Below are positions 1 through 8,726 of a stretch of 59,569 nt of DNA, piece after piece (position 1 is the first letter of the stretch; every line of letters begins with the position of its first letter). The notes under the pieces were generated by a model that did not search any database, was not told where the DNA came from, and worked only from the letters and a program-made list of their open reading frames with translations. The position numbers and the translations under genes are program-made. The stretch comes from a bacterium (GTDB lineage Bacteria > Babelota > Babeliae > Babelales > RVW-14): the NCBI GenBank assembly GCA_043822925.1, contig JBDRBF010000083.1:1-59569 (forward strand), in the 5' to 3' direction.

Positions 1-473
1 TTGTAACCAGCACGTATTTTAATAGTCATGGGTACTTGGTTATTTATAGCTTTCATGAAAAGGGCTAAAATTTGTCTGAGTAACGGGATGTTGGCCATGA
101 GGGCTGAACCAGAGCCTGAGCCTACGACGCGTCTGGCTGGACAGCCACAGTTAAGATTTATCATGATAAACTTGTGTTCTATGACGCGTTCTACTGCTTT
201 CTCGATGTGCTCCAACATATTGGCTGAAAACTGGAAGCCTATTGGTTGTTCGATTGGATCAAAGTATAAAGCTTTTTCGGTGTGAATATTAATGGGGGCT
301 GATATTGATGCGACGTGGCGCATTTCGCCCCACAAAAGTTCTTCTGGGCTAAATTCCCGTATAACTTGTCTTAGTGGGCTATCTGTAATTCCGTCCATAG
401 GGGCAGTCATAAAACGCGGGATGTTTAGTTTCCCGATAGTTATTTTTTCTTGCCAAAAACTTGGGTTAGTCAT
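1..473 (-). CDS. dusB: tRNA-dihydrouridine synthase (DusB-like), 5' part; runs off the window start
   Basis: Not in the ORF track. Manual translation from ATG 473 gives MTNPSFWQEKITIGKLNIPRFMTAPMDGITD...INLNCGCPARRVVGSGSGSALM, i.e. the Dus APM and NxGCP...GSALM motifs. Overlaps the gatA stop. Confidence 0.9.
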   Translation of the reverse strand, partial: MTNPSFWQEKITIGKLNIPRFMTAPMDGITDSPLRQVIREFSPEELLWGEMRHVASISAPINIHTEKALYFDPIEQPIGFQFSANMLEHIEKAVERVIEHKFIMINLNCGCPARRVVGSGSGSALMANIPLLRQILALFMKAINNQVPMTIKIRAGY

Positions 474-1935
474 AATTTTTTGGGTGTTTTGTGTGGTGAT
501 CTGTGTTTACCTGATACGCGTGTGCTGTTTGATAAATTAGCTCTTCTGAAAGTGGTGGCCCAAAAAACTGGAAACCAATGGGTAATTCGGTTTTGGTGAA
601 ACCACAGGGTAAAGAGAGAGCTGGCGTGCCTATAACGCAGTTTGGCACGGTGAAAAAGTCGGCCAAGTACATGGTTATTGGGTCGTCAATCAGTTCGCCA
701 ATTTTAAACGCTGGTGTTGGGGTTGTTGGGCTCATTAACAGATCGACGTCTTTAAATGCGTCTAAAAATTCTGCACGAATCATATCGCGTACTTTAAGCG
801 CGCGTGCATAAAAGTTTTCCTGATGCTTTGCTCCCAAAACATAGTTTCCGGTCAAAATTCTGCGTTTAACTTCTATGCCAAAGCCATCATGTCTGGTTTG
901 GTTATACATGCTTTCAAGATCTTTGCAGTCTTTTGCCCGGTTACCATAGAGCGTTCCGTCAAAACGGGATAAATTTGAAGCAGCTTCTGCGCGTGTGATA
1001 ATAAAATACACGGCGTTACCGTATTTTAAGTGTGGGATTTCGATAACTTTTGTTTTAGCGCCTAATTTGTGTAGTTGCTCGATTGCTTGCTCAAAAGCTT
1101 GCGATACTTCTGGGTGTATGCTTTTATTGTCGACGCAATCTTTTATTATCCCGATTGTTAGATTTTCTGGGAGTCTGCCGGTTAAGTTTTTAGTGTAATC
1201 TTTTGGGTCCATTTGTATGGACGTCGAATCTTTTGGATCTTTGCCTGAAAGTGCCGTCGCTACGAGAGCGTTATCATATACGGTGTGTGTTATGGGGGCG
1301 ATTTGGTCCAGTGACGAGCCAAATGCTATTAATCCGTAACGAGAGTTGAGCCCATATGTCGGATACATGCCGACAAGACCAGAGAACGATACAGGGGTAC
1401 GTATCGAGCCACCTGTTTCAGATCCAAGAGAGAAGGGGATTAGTCCTGCTGCGACAGCTGCGGTTGATCCAGAACTAGAGCCACCTGGCGTGCGTTCATG
1501 GTCCCACGGGTTAAGCGTTGGGCCGCAGGCTGAGAATTCGCCGGAAGTTCCCATGGCAAATTCGTCGCAATTGGTGCGAGCAATTGGCGTTGCACCTGCT
1601 TGTTTTAATCGCTTATGAACCGTAGCATCATAAGGTGCTTTGTAATTGCTTAAAATTTTTGAATTTGCTGATGTAATTTTGTCTTTTAAACAAATATTGT
1701 CTTTATAAACATAGGGGATATGCGCAAGTATGCCCGTGTTTTCTGAGTTATTATTTGTATTTTGTGCTTGTGAGCCTGTATTTTGCTCGTCTTTATCAAA
1801 TACTTCGAGAAAGCAGTTTAATTTTGTGTGATATTTTTTTATTCTTGCGTGATAGTAATTTTGAACTTCTGTAGGCGTAATTTCTTTTTTATTGAGCTTG
1901 TCTGTGAGCTCTTTTATGGTCATGAAAGCTTTCAT
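466..1935 (-). CDS. gatA: Asp/Glu-tRNA amidotransferase subunit A
   Basis: Amidase signature PGGSSSGS, GSETGGSIRTP, EAASNLSRFDG; follows gatC. Confidence 0.97.
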   Translation of the reverse strand: MKAFMTIKELTDKLNKKEITPTEVQNYYHARIKKYHTKLNCFLEVFDKDEQNTGSQAQNTNNNSENTGILAHIPYVYKDNICLKDKITSANSKILSNYKAPYDATVHKRLKQAGATPIARTNCDEFAMGTSGEFSACGPTLNPWDHERTPGGSSSGSTAAVAAGLIPFSLGSETGGSIRTPVSFSGLVGMYPTYGLNSRYGLIAFGSSLDQIAPITHTVYDNALVATALSGKDPKDSTSIQMDPKDYTKNLTGRLPENLTIGIIKDCVDNKSIHPEVSQAFEQAIEQLHKLGAKTKVIEIPHLKYGNAVYFIITRAEAASNLSRFDGTLYGNRAKDCKDLESMYNQTRHDGFGIEVKRRILTGNYVLGAKHQENFYARALKVRDMIRAEFLDAFKDVDLLMSPTTPTPAFKIGELIDDPITMYLADFFTVPNCVIGTPALSLPCGFTKTELPIGFQFFGPPLSEELIYQTAHAYQVNTDHHTKHPKNYD

Positions 1936-1962
1936 GTATGCTGCCCTTTTATTAAGCCAGAA

Positions 1963-2241
1963 TTAATCTAGAATTTTGGGAACAACGAAGTAATTATTAT
2001 TTGTTTCAGGGGCCAGTGTTAGAATGTCGTCTGAATTTTTTTGTATGGCGACGTCTTCGCGCAGTATATTTATATTTTTTGTCGATTGAGCCTGTGTTGT
2101 TAGTTTTACTTCTTGGAGTTCTTGAACAAAGTTTAAGATTTGGCCTATTTGTTTTTCAAAAAGCTCTATTTCTTGCTCATTAAGTTCGAGCGCTGAAAGT
2201 TTTGCTATTTTTAACAGTTCTTCTCTATCAAAATTTACCAT
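1963..2241 (-). CDS. gatC: Asp/Glu-tRNA amidotransferase subunit C
   Basis: 92 aa, IAKLSAL...LREDV...YFVVPKIL; directly upstream of gatA. Confidence 0.95.
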   Translation of the reverse strand: MVNFDREELLKIAKLSALELNEQEIELFEKQIGQILNFVQELQEVKLTTQAQSTKNINILREDVAIQKNSDDILTLAPETNNNYFVVPKILD

Positions 2242-2272
2242 TATTTATCTCCTAAATTTGTCATGTCAAGGC

Positions 2273-2375
2273 GCGCTCATCCTGCCTGTGCACCGTAGCC
2301 TTGGCGTAGATGTAAGCCTGTCGAAGGGGATCTGGCGGAGCCCGGCGCAGCTTCTCGCCAAGCCTGGGGATCTTC
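2273..2375. repeat. Cluster of REP-like palindromic elements, one nested in another
   Basis: GC-rich intergenic island. gcgctcatcctg|30-bp insert|agcctgtcgaag matches the reverse complement of 49205-49228 at 23/24 once the insert is removed. Followed by a cccggcgcagc...aagcctggg hairpin. Confidence 0.7.
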
Positions 2376-2383
2376 GTCAAAAT

Positions 2384-3790
2384 TTAAACTTTTTTATGTT
2401 GCCATGTGTTGCGGGTAATATACTTGAAGAGCACAATAGACATGATACCCGTAGTTATATAATAACAGCCGTAAATCATAACGAATTTAATATTGTGGTT
2501 TTGTATGGGTAAGTGCGCCGCAATATAGGAAGAGGGGAAGAAGAATAAACCGACGACAACAAGGCGTACCCACATGACGGATTTTACGTCACCGGCTCCA
2601 CGTAAAGCGCCTGAAAATATAAGTTGAACGATGTCAAAGACAACAAGTAAGCTTATCATGGGTAAAACTGCTACGCCGAAATCAGTAAATTGATTTTTTG
2701 GGTCAAAAAGCCCAACAAAGAAACGTGCGTAAACGCACATTATTGTGAGCGTTATTCCAGCTGATATAAAGGTCATTAATAAGATTTTTTTTATATTATT
2801 TTTTGCGCCTTCAAAGTCTTTAGCGCCGAGTCTATTACTGACTAAAAAAGTAACAACGGTTGCAAATGCAATTGCAGGGAAAAAGGCGCAACGTTCAAGG
2901 TTTTTTACGACATCGAATGTGGTGATAGCAGTTGTTCCCATTGGGGCGATCATTTTTGCTAGCCATGGGTAACAGAGCGCAAAGGTTATTTTGTCGACAA
3001 TAATTGGCCAGCTTAAGTTAATCAGTTGCCAGGTTCTTTTGATATTAAAAAACGAAAAAAACATGCGTTGAAAGTATTTTTTATAATCTGGATTGTACAT
3101 AATGTAGCCGATGGCAATGGCATTCATGGTTCCGTATTGAAGAATGGTTGCAATGGCGGATCCGTGTAGGCCGAGATTTGGAAAGCCAAATTTCCCTAAT
3201 ACGAACGCTATTTCAAAAAAGATAAAAGTGCCGATTCCAATTAAGTTTATAATCATGGGCATACGAGTGTTTTTTACGGCACGCATAAATCCGATAAGGC
3301 CGAGCAAGCTAAATATGAGCAAGATACCAATCGATTTCAATCGTAAGAATGGCGCTCCAATTGTTACAATTTCTCCGGTAACGCCAAGCCAGTGATAGAT
3401 GCTTTCTGCTGCAAAAATGATGATTACAAATTGGATTATCCCGATTAATGTTGTTACCCAAAAAGTGTTGCCCAGTTCTTGCCCGCATTTTTCGTATTCT
3501 TTGGCCCCGTTAAAACGACCGATAATGGCTATGCTGGCGACAGGAATCGCTTCGGCAAACTTTGTGAGAGAGTATAAGAAGTTTGTGGCCAGCGCGAGTG
3601 CTCCATAAGAATTAAGTGATTGGGAGTTTGAAATTACATATGAATCGATAACGGGGGGTAAAATCACCAAAATCAAGCCTGTGATTGCTTCCGGTAACCA
3701 GTACGTAAGTATTTGGGCTATTGACTCGCCTTCTTTGATGCGTCCGATATCTTTAATTTTTTCAAATGTATAAGTTATAAAATTTGCCAC
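2384..3790 (-). CDS. MATE family efflux transporter
   Basis: Many TM helices, two-fold internal symmetry, GALRGAGD and MRAVKNTRMPM motifs. Probable start GTG 3790 after AAGGGG. Confidence 0.9.
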   Translation of the reverse strand: MANFITYTFEKIKDIGRIKEGESIAQILTYWLPEAITGLILVILPPVIDSYVISNSQSLNSYGALALATNFLYSLTKFAEAIPVASIAIIGRFNGAKEYEKCGQELGNTFWVTTLIGIIQFVIIIFAAESIYHWLGVTGEIVTIGAPFLRLKSIGILLIFSLLGLIGFMRAVKNTRMPMIINLIGIGTFIFFEIAFVLGKFGFPNLGLHGSAIATILQYGTMNAIAIGYIMYNPDYKKYFQRMFFSFFNIKRTWQLINLSWPIIVDKITFALCYPWLAKMIAPMGTTAITTFDVVKNLERCAFFPAIAFATVVTFLVSNRLGAKDFEGAKNNIKKILLMTFISAGITLTIMCVYARFFVGLFDPKNQFTDFGVAVLPMISLLVVFDIVQLIFSGALRGAGDVKSVMWVRLVVVGLFFFPSSYIAAHLPIQNHNIKFVMIYGCYYITTGIMSIVLFKYITRNTWQHKKV

Positions 3791-3913
3791 GGTGGGCCCC
3801 TTATATTTATTATGTGATGGCAAAAAAAGCAAATTTATTCGTAAATTTATTCGTTGTTTAAGGCTAAAGTATTTTGTGATTCTGTAAAGTGAAAAATGAT
3901 CCCCTTGAGGCTT

Positions 3914-5590
3914 TTAGTCGGTAACTCCCGGTAAAATATTATACGTAGAGGCTGATGGACGGGCCAGATTGAGTAATCTGGCTAGAGTCACGGGTAATTG
4001 TGGAATAAAGACTTTTTCGCGTATAATTTTATGTTTTAAGCCCTTTTGGTACAGGATAAGCGGTACATGGGTGTCGTAATCATAGGGGGTAGTGTGTGAG
4101 CAGCCGGTAGGGTAGTCTGTTATTAAACAATATGGGTGTGGCATATAAATTAAGTCACCCGTGCGGGCCTGGTATAACTGGTTTTGGTAAAAACATTCTT
4201 TTTCATATGGCTCAAAGTGAGCTTGGGCAAGTTCTTGTTTGGTCCAGACGTGCCGGATTCCTGGCTGCTTGAGTAAGTATTTCTTGATATCTTGCTTTAT
4301 CGCGTTTTGGGTTTTCTTGCTGTATGCATTAAGAAGTTCATGGTTTAAGTAAAAATAGATCATAGAAAAGCTTTTTACGATTTTTACAGTCTTTTTTAGG
4401 TTATACTTTTTTTGAATATGCTTATTTATGCTTTCTATGAGCGGGGTTGCCATAATTCGGCACGCGTTGGGCAAGCCCTTTGCTTTGGTGATTTCTGGAA
4501 TTGGCTGTATTCCATGATCTGACGTAAAAATAAATAGTGTATCTTTGAGCTGTGCTTTTTTTTGTATAAAACTCATAAAGTTAAGTATCTGTTTATCTAA
4601 GTGATAAACTAAATCGATTGATTCTCGGCTATCAGGGCCGAATAAGTGACAAAGCAAGTCTAGATTGCTTAAGCAAAGCCACAAGATGGCGTTGTCATTA
4701 TTTTTTTTTTCAAAAATGTGATTTATGTATTCTTTTGCGGCATCAAAGATTAATTGGCTCGCTTGTGGCGTGAGAAAAAAGAGATCTTCGTGATACTTGT
4801 TTTTTCCGTTATTTTTTGCGTTATTTCTTGGTTTTGTTTGATTCTGAAATACTTTTATTGGTGTATTTGTAAGCCCGTGTCCAAGCGCTGAGTAGGTGTA
4901 ATTTTTTATCTGTGGGAATTCATATTCAGGGCCATTTTCTGGGTATAACGTTTTCCAAATTATTTCTTGGCCAGGTTTGAGTTTTTGGTTTTTATTGAAT
5001 TTTGTGAGCCATGTTGGTAGTTCTTCAAAATAGCGTCTACTTGACTTAAAATGACCGTTTTTGTTGTCTAGCCATAAAGCGCTGCCCAATTTGCTAGCTG
5101 TCGCTATAGCTGATCTTTGTTTCAAACTAAGGGATATTGTGTGATGTTTATTCTTGTTTGTCGATTTTAGCATAAATTGGTCAGACAGTCCGTCGACCAG
5201 TGTTTGGTCTGGTGACGCGTAACAGATGTGTTTGTTGTTTCGGTTGATCCATTGGTTGCTGACTATACCGTGGTCTTTAGGTAGCGTCCCGGTGCTTATG
5301 GCATTATGTCCTGGTGAAGTTTCTGGGTTTCCGTGTGGATGATAGGCGTTTTCATAACATATTCCATGATCTAATAGTTCTTTGACCCCATATTTAAAGT
5401 GGGGAGAGAGTCGTTCTATGTAGTGATACGCAAACTGATCTGCGATAATAACTACCGTAAGTTTTGGTGTTTTTATTGTTTGGTTTTTTGTATGAATATA
5501 TTGGGAGCTAAAAATAGTAAGAGCAAATATTAGTGTGTAAGTTTTTCGTGTGTTTACGTGTTTTATTAGCATGTTAATTATGTTAATCAC
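3914..5590 (-). CDS. Alkaline phosphatase superfamily protein (PafA/NPP-like), exported
   Basis: N-terminal hydrophobic segment; ADQF, ETSPGH (Thr nucleophile), DLLCHLFGP, TSDHG, SHTTPYDYDTHVPL. Confidence 0.9.
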   Translation of the reverse strand: MINIINMLIKHVNTRKTYTLIFALTIFSSQYIHTKNQTIKTPKLTVVIIADQFAYHYIERLSPHFKYGVKELLDHGICYENAYHPHGNPETSPGHNAISTGTLPKDHGIVSNQWINRNNKHICYASPDQTLVDGLSDQFMLKSTNKNKHHTISLSLKQRSAIATASKLGSALWLDNKNGHFKSSRRYFEELPTWLTKFNKNQKLKPGQEIIWKTLYPENGPEYEFPQIKNYTYSALGHGLTNTPIKVFQNQTKPRNNAKNNGKNKYHEDLFFLTPQASQLIFDAAKEYINHIFEKKNNDNAILWLCLSNLDLLCHLFGPDSRESIDLVYHLDKQILNFMSFIQKKAQLKDTLFIFTSDHGIQPIPEITKAKGLPNACRIMATPLIESINKHIQKKYNLKKTVKIVKSFSMIYFYLNHELLNAYSKKTQNAIKQDIKKYLLKQPGIRHVWTKQELAQAHFEPYEKECFYQNQLYQARTGDLIYMPHPYCLITDYPTGCSHTTPYDYDTHVPLILYQKGLKHKIIREKVFIPQLPVTLARLLNLARPSASTYNILPGVTD

Positions 5591-5624
5591 GAGATTTTCT
5601 CCTGGGATAAAATTGCGTTATACG

Positions 5625-7376
5625 TTAACAGACTCCTGGTAAAATTGTAAGGTTTGAGGCTGAAGGGTGTGCTACGCCCAGCAGGTGGGCCAGTGTTACT
5701 GGAAGTTGGGCTGCCAGTACTCTTTTGCGTATAATTTTATGTTTAAGATTGTGTCCATATAGAATAAGCGGCACATGGGTGTCATAATCATATGGCGTTC
5801 TGTGCGATGTGCCTGTTTTGTATTCAGTGATCAAGCTGTATGGTTGTGGCATATAAATTAAATCGCCTGGTTTGTCGTTATATAACTGATTTTTATAGTA
5901 GGTTTCTTTTTCGTAGGGTTCAAAATGTGCTTTTTCAAGCTCTTTTTTTGTCCAGACATGTCTTATTCCTGGTTGATTTAGCAGGTATTGCTTCAGGTCA
6001 TGTAATATTGATTTTCGTGTTTTTTTGTTTAATTTATTGAGCTTTGCGTGATCAAGTACAAAATATACGTTTGAAAATTTTTGGACAAGATTGTTAATGC
6101 GATATTTTTGTGTGATGCGCACGTTCATGGCTTTTATGAGTGCTTGGGCGTCGATTCTGTACGCTTGGTCAAGCCCTTTTAATTTAGTAATTTCTTGGAT
6201 AGGCTGTACTCCATGATCTGCTGTGAGCGCGAATAGGACGTCTTTGGCGTCAAATTTGGTGAGAACTATGTTCATGAAATCGTCTATTTGTTTGTCAAGA
6301 TGATAGATTAAATCGATAGCTTCTTGGCTGTCGGGGCCATATAAGTGGCCAATCATATCAAGATTGCTGATGCATACCCATAAGACAAGCGAATCGTTTG
6401 GTTTATTTTTAAGTGTTTTGTCTATGCACTTTTGTGCTGCTTGAAATAGTAATTGGCTTGCAAAGGGGGTCATGGTGAATAGTTCTTTGCCGGTACTTGG
6501 CAGCGCGCCGTTATCATAAGATTTATTCGAATTGTTTATGTGCGTGTTATTTTTGTGTTTTTTATCTTTACGTTCACTTTTTTGTCCGAGTATTATTGGG
6601 AAATTAATAAGTTTATGTTTAAGGGCTGCGTAGTCATAATTTTTTATGAGTGGGAATATGTATTCGATGCTATTTTCAGGATAAAATGTTCGCCAGATAA
6701 CTTCTTGAGCACTATTTTTGTTGTTTTCTCGATTAAGTTTTTTAACCCACTCAGGCAACGTTTTAAAGTAATATTCGTTTGACTGAAAGCCGCCAGATTC
6801 GCCCTTAAACCAGAGAGCTTTACCTAGTTTATTTGCGGTGGCCATGGCTGACCGTTTTTTTAAACTGAGCGATATTACATGACATTGTGATTCTGGTGTG
6901 GAACTCATAACGCATTGGTCAGAAAGTCCGTCGACCATTACTTGTTCTGGGGTATTAAAAGAAATCTCTTCTCGGTCTTTGTTGAGCCATTTATTGGCGA
7001 TAATACTATGGTTTTTTGGTAACGTGCCGGTACTGAGTGCTACGTGTCCAGGGGCGGTGCTTGGTAGGCCATGGGCGTGATACGCATTTTCGTAGCATAT
7101 GCCGTTATCAAGCAGTTTTTTTAGTCCATACTTAAAGTGTTTCCTGAGTTTTCTTATGTAATCGTATGCAAATTGATCGCCGATCATAATTATGGTGAGT
7201 TTTGGTGGTTTTATTACACAGTTTGGTTCGGAGGAATCTAGATTTGTGGCGCTTGTGTTTGCTTGGGGGGCTGTGAGCGTTGGTTTTGCAAATGGGCAAG
7301 AAATAAATGTGTAAGCGACGAGTAAACATGTTGTGAACTTTTTATAACGAGCTCGTTGTTCGTGTAGCTTTTTCAC
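5625..7376 (-). CDS. Alkaline phosphatase superfamily protein (PafA/NPP-like), tandem paralog
   Basis: GDQF, STAPGH, DMIGHLYGP, TADHG, SHRTPYDYDTHVPL. Probable start GTG 7376 after AAGGAG. Confidence 0.9.
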   Translation of the reverse strand: MKKLHEQRARYKKFTTCLLVAYTFISCPFAKPTLTAPQANTSATNLDSSEPNCVIKPPKLTIIMIGDQFAYDYIRKLRKHFKYGLKKLLDNGICYENAYHAHGLPSTAPGHVALSTGTLPKNHSIIANKWLNKDREEISFNTPEQVMVDGLSDQCVMSSTPESQCHVISLSLKKRSAMATANKLGKALWFKGESGGFQSNEYYFKTLPEWVKKLNRENNKNSAQEVIWRTFYPENSIEYIFPLIKNYDYAALKHKLINFPIILGQKSERKDKKHKNNTHINNSNKSYDNGALPSTGKELFTMTPFASQLLFQAAQKCIDKTLKNKPNDSLVLWVCISNLDMIGHLYGPDSQEAIDLIYHLDKQIDDFMNIVLTKFDAKDVLFALTADHGVQPIQEITKLKGLDQAYRIDAQALIKAMNVRITQKYRINNLVQKFSNVYFVLDHAKLNKLNKKTRKSILHDLKQYLLNQPGIRHVWTKKELEKAHFEPYEKETYYKNQLYNDKPGDLIYMPQPYSLITEYKTGTSHRTPYDYDTHVPLILYGHNLKHKIIRKRVLAAQLPVTLAHLLGVAHPSASNLTILPGVC

Positions 7377-7593
7377 CGAATTCTCCTTTTTTGAGAAAAC
7401 ACTTTTTGATCCAGGATCCAATTCTTTTGGTCTTGAGTATGAGTGTTAACTAAAATAAAAAGATTTGGCAACTGTAAAGACGGGTGCTTGGATTAAAGCA
7501 AGTAAAAAATAGGCAAAAAAGAGCAGGGTGTTTTTTTTACCCGGATTTATGCGTGAGTCATGTTATTGTGTAAATTATTGCGCTATGTGTGTT

Positions 7594-8385
7594 CTATTCG
7601 AACGTTTTTGTATCGATTTGTTGTTCTCCTAAAATTGATACAGTAATAATAGCTTCAACAATCTTGACAGCTTGCTCTTGTGTTAGTCTCTTGAAAGAAC
7701 GGGTTTGCATGTCAAAGTCGTCATGAATTTTTTTGAATTCAGGTAATAAAACGGTTGGAATATTCTTTTTATGAGTGTGCCATTGCCTGAAAAAACCAGC
7801 AAGTGCATCTTGGCACGCTTGAGGCTTAGCTTCAAGCCATAAACCTATTTTTTTAGTGACATAATTTGCAAGAAACCAACAAAGTGTTCCTGTTGAAATA
7901 CTTATGCCAATTTGTAGTGCTTGTTTTTTGTCTATAGAGCTGAGCTCCGTTTTTTTTGTAACTTGGGTTACATGTGTGCTTTTTGGCCTGAGCGCTCCTG
8001 GCTTTTTCCTGGGGGTAATGGGTGTTTGCGTTTCAAAGTCTTCGCGTGCTCTTCCTGCGAAGAATTCAAAAATTAAATATGTCACAATTGGTTGGAATGC
8101 CGCAGTAAGAATTACTGAATTATTTTTTATGAGAGCTCCAAGTTCTTGAGTAAAAGCGTAATTATTTTCGTTTTTTATGTCGATAATTTTTCTTAAGTAT
8201 GTCCATTTTTCTTGTTCTGCTTCTAGTTTGGGCATTTGTTTGGGTATATTAAATTGTGTGAGTTGGGTTATTTGTTGCGTTTGTTTTGTCTTGGGCATTT
8301 TTATCTCTGCATTAAGCAAACTCGTTATGCAAATTAATGCTCCGGAAAGTACGATTTTATGTAGATATGATTTACGTGTTGTCAT
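7594..8385 (-). CDS. Hypothetical exported/membrane protein
   Basis: 263-aa ORF, signal-peptide-like N-terminus (…CITSLLNA), two further hydrophobic segments; no family recognised. Confidence 0.75.
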   Translation of the reverse strand: MTTRKSYLHKIVLSGALICITSLLNAEIKMPKTKQTQQITQLTQFNIPKQMPKLEAEQEKWTYLRKIIDIKNENNYAFTQELGALIKNNSVILTAAFQPIVTYLIFEFFAGRAREDFETQTPITPRKKPGALRPKSTHVTQVTKKTELSSIDKKQALQIGISISTGTLCWFLANYVTKKIGLWLEAKPQACQDALAGFFRQWHTHKKNIPTVLLPEFKKIHDDFDMQTRSFKRLTQEQAVKIVEAIITVSILGEQQIDTKTFE

Positions 8386-8570
8386 GGAATCTCTTACTAA
8401 AATAAACTATTAAACGATATTCTTACTTTGTAATATGTGCGTTATTTGTGCTTTCTAGGGGGTTAGAGTAGCAGAAGTATTGATTTATAAAAGTTTTTTT
8501 TAGGTTGGGCTTTGTTGGAGGCGTGGGATTTTGTGATTTTGGCAGTTTTTTGAGGTGAATGCTTATAGAA

Positions 8571-8599
8571 TTGACGCATTGTAATTAATTTGTTAATGT
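8571..8599 (+). promoter_or_regulatory. Putative sigma70 promoter of the effector gene
   Basis: TTGACG-17 bp-TAATGT with an extended TG. Confidence 0.45.
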
Positions 8600-8726
8600 G
8601 TTAATGCTTCAAAAGTCAGTAAAGTGTTGCTTTGTTGTTTCAGTGAGAAAAGTTTTTTGAAGTGTCTCTTTTGATTTTTATTTGTTTGTTTTTATTAATA
8701 ATGTACTTATTTGAGGGGGTTATATC

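Noticed and set aside
7377-7421. MDPGSK N-terminus of the phosphatase as a third in-frame palindrome insertion
   Set aside because: A half element (ttgatccaggatcc) is present, but the better start is GTG 7376 with an AAGGAG RBS, which leaves it untranslated.
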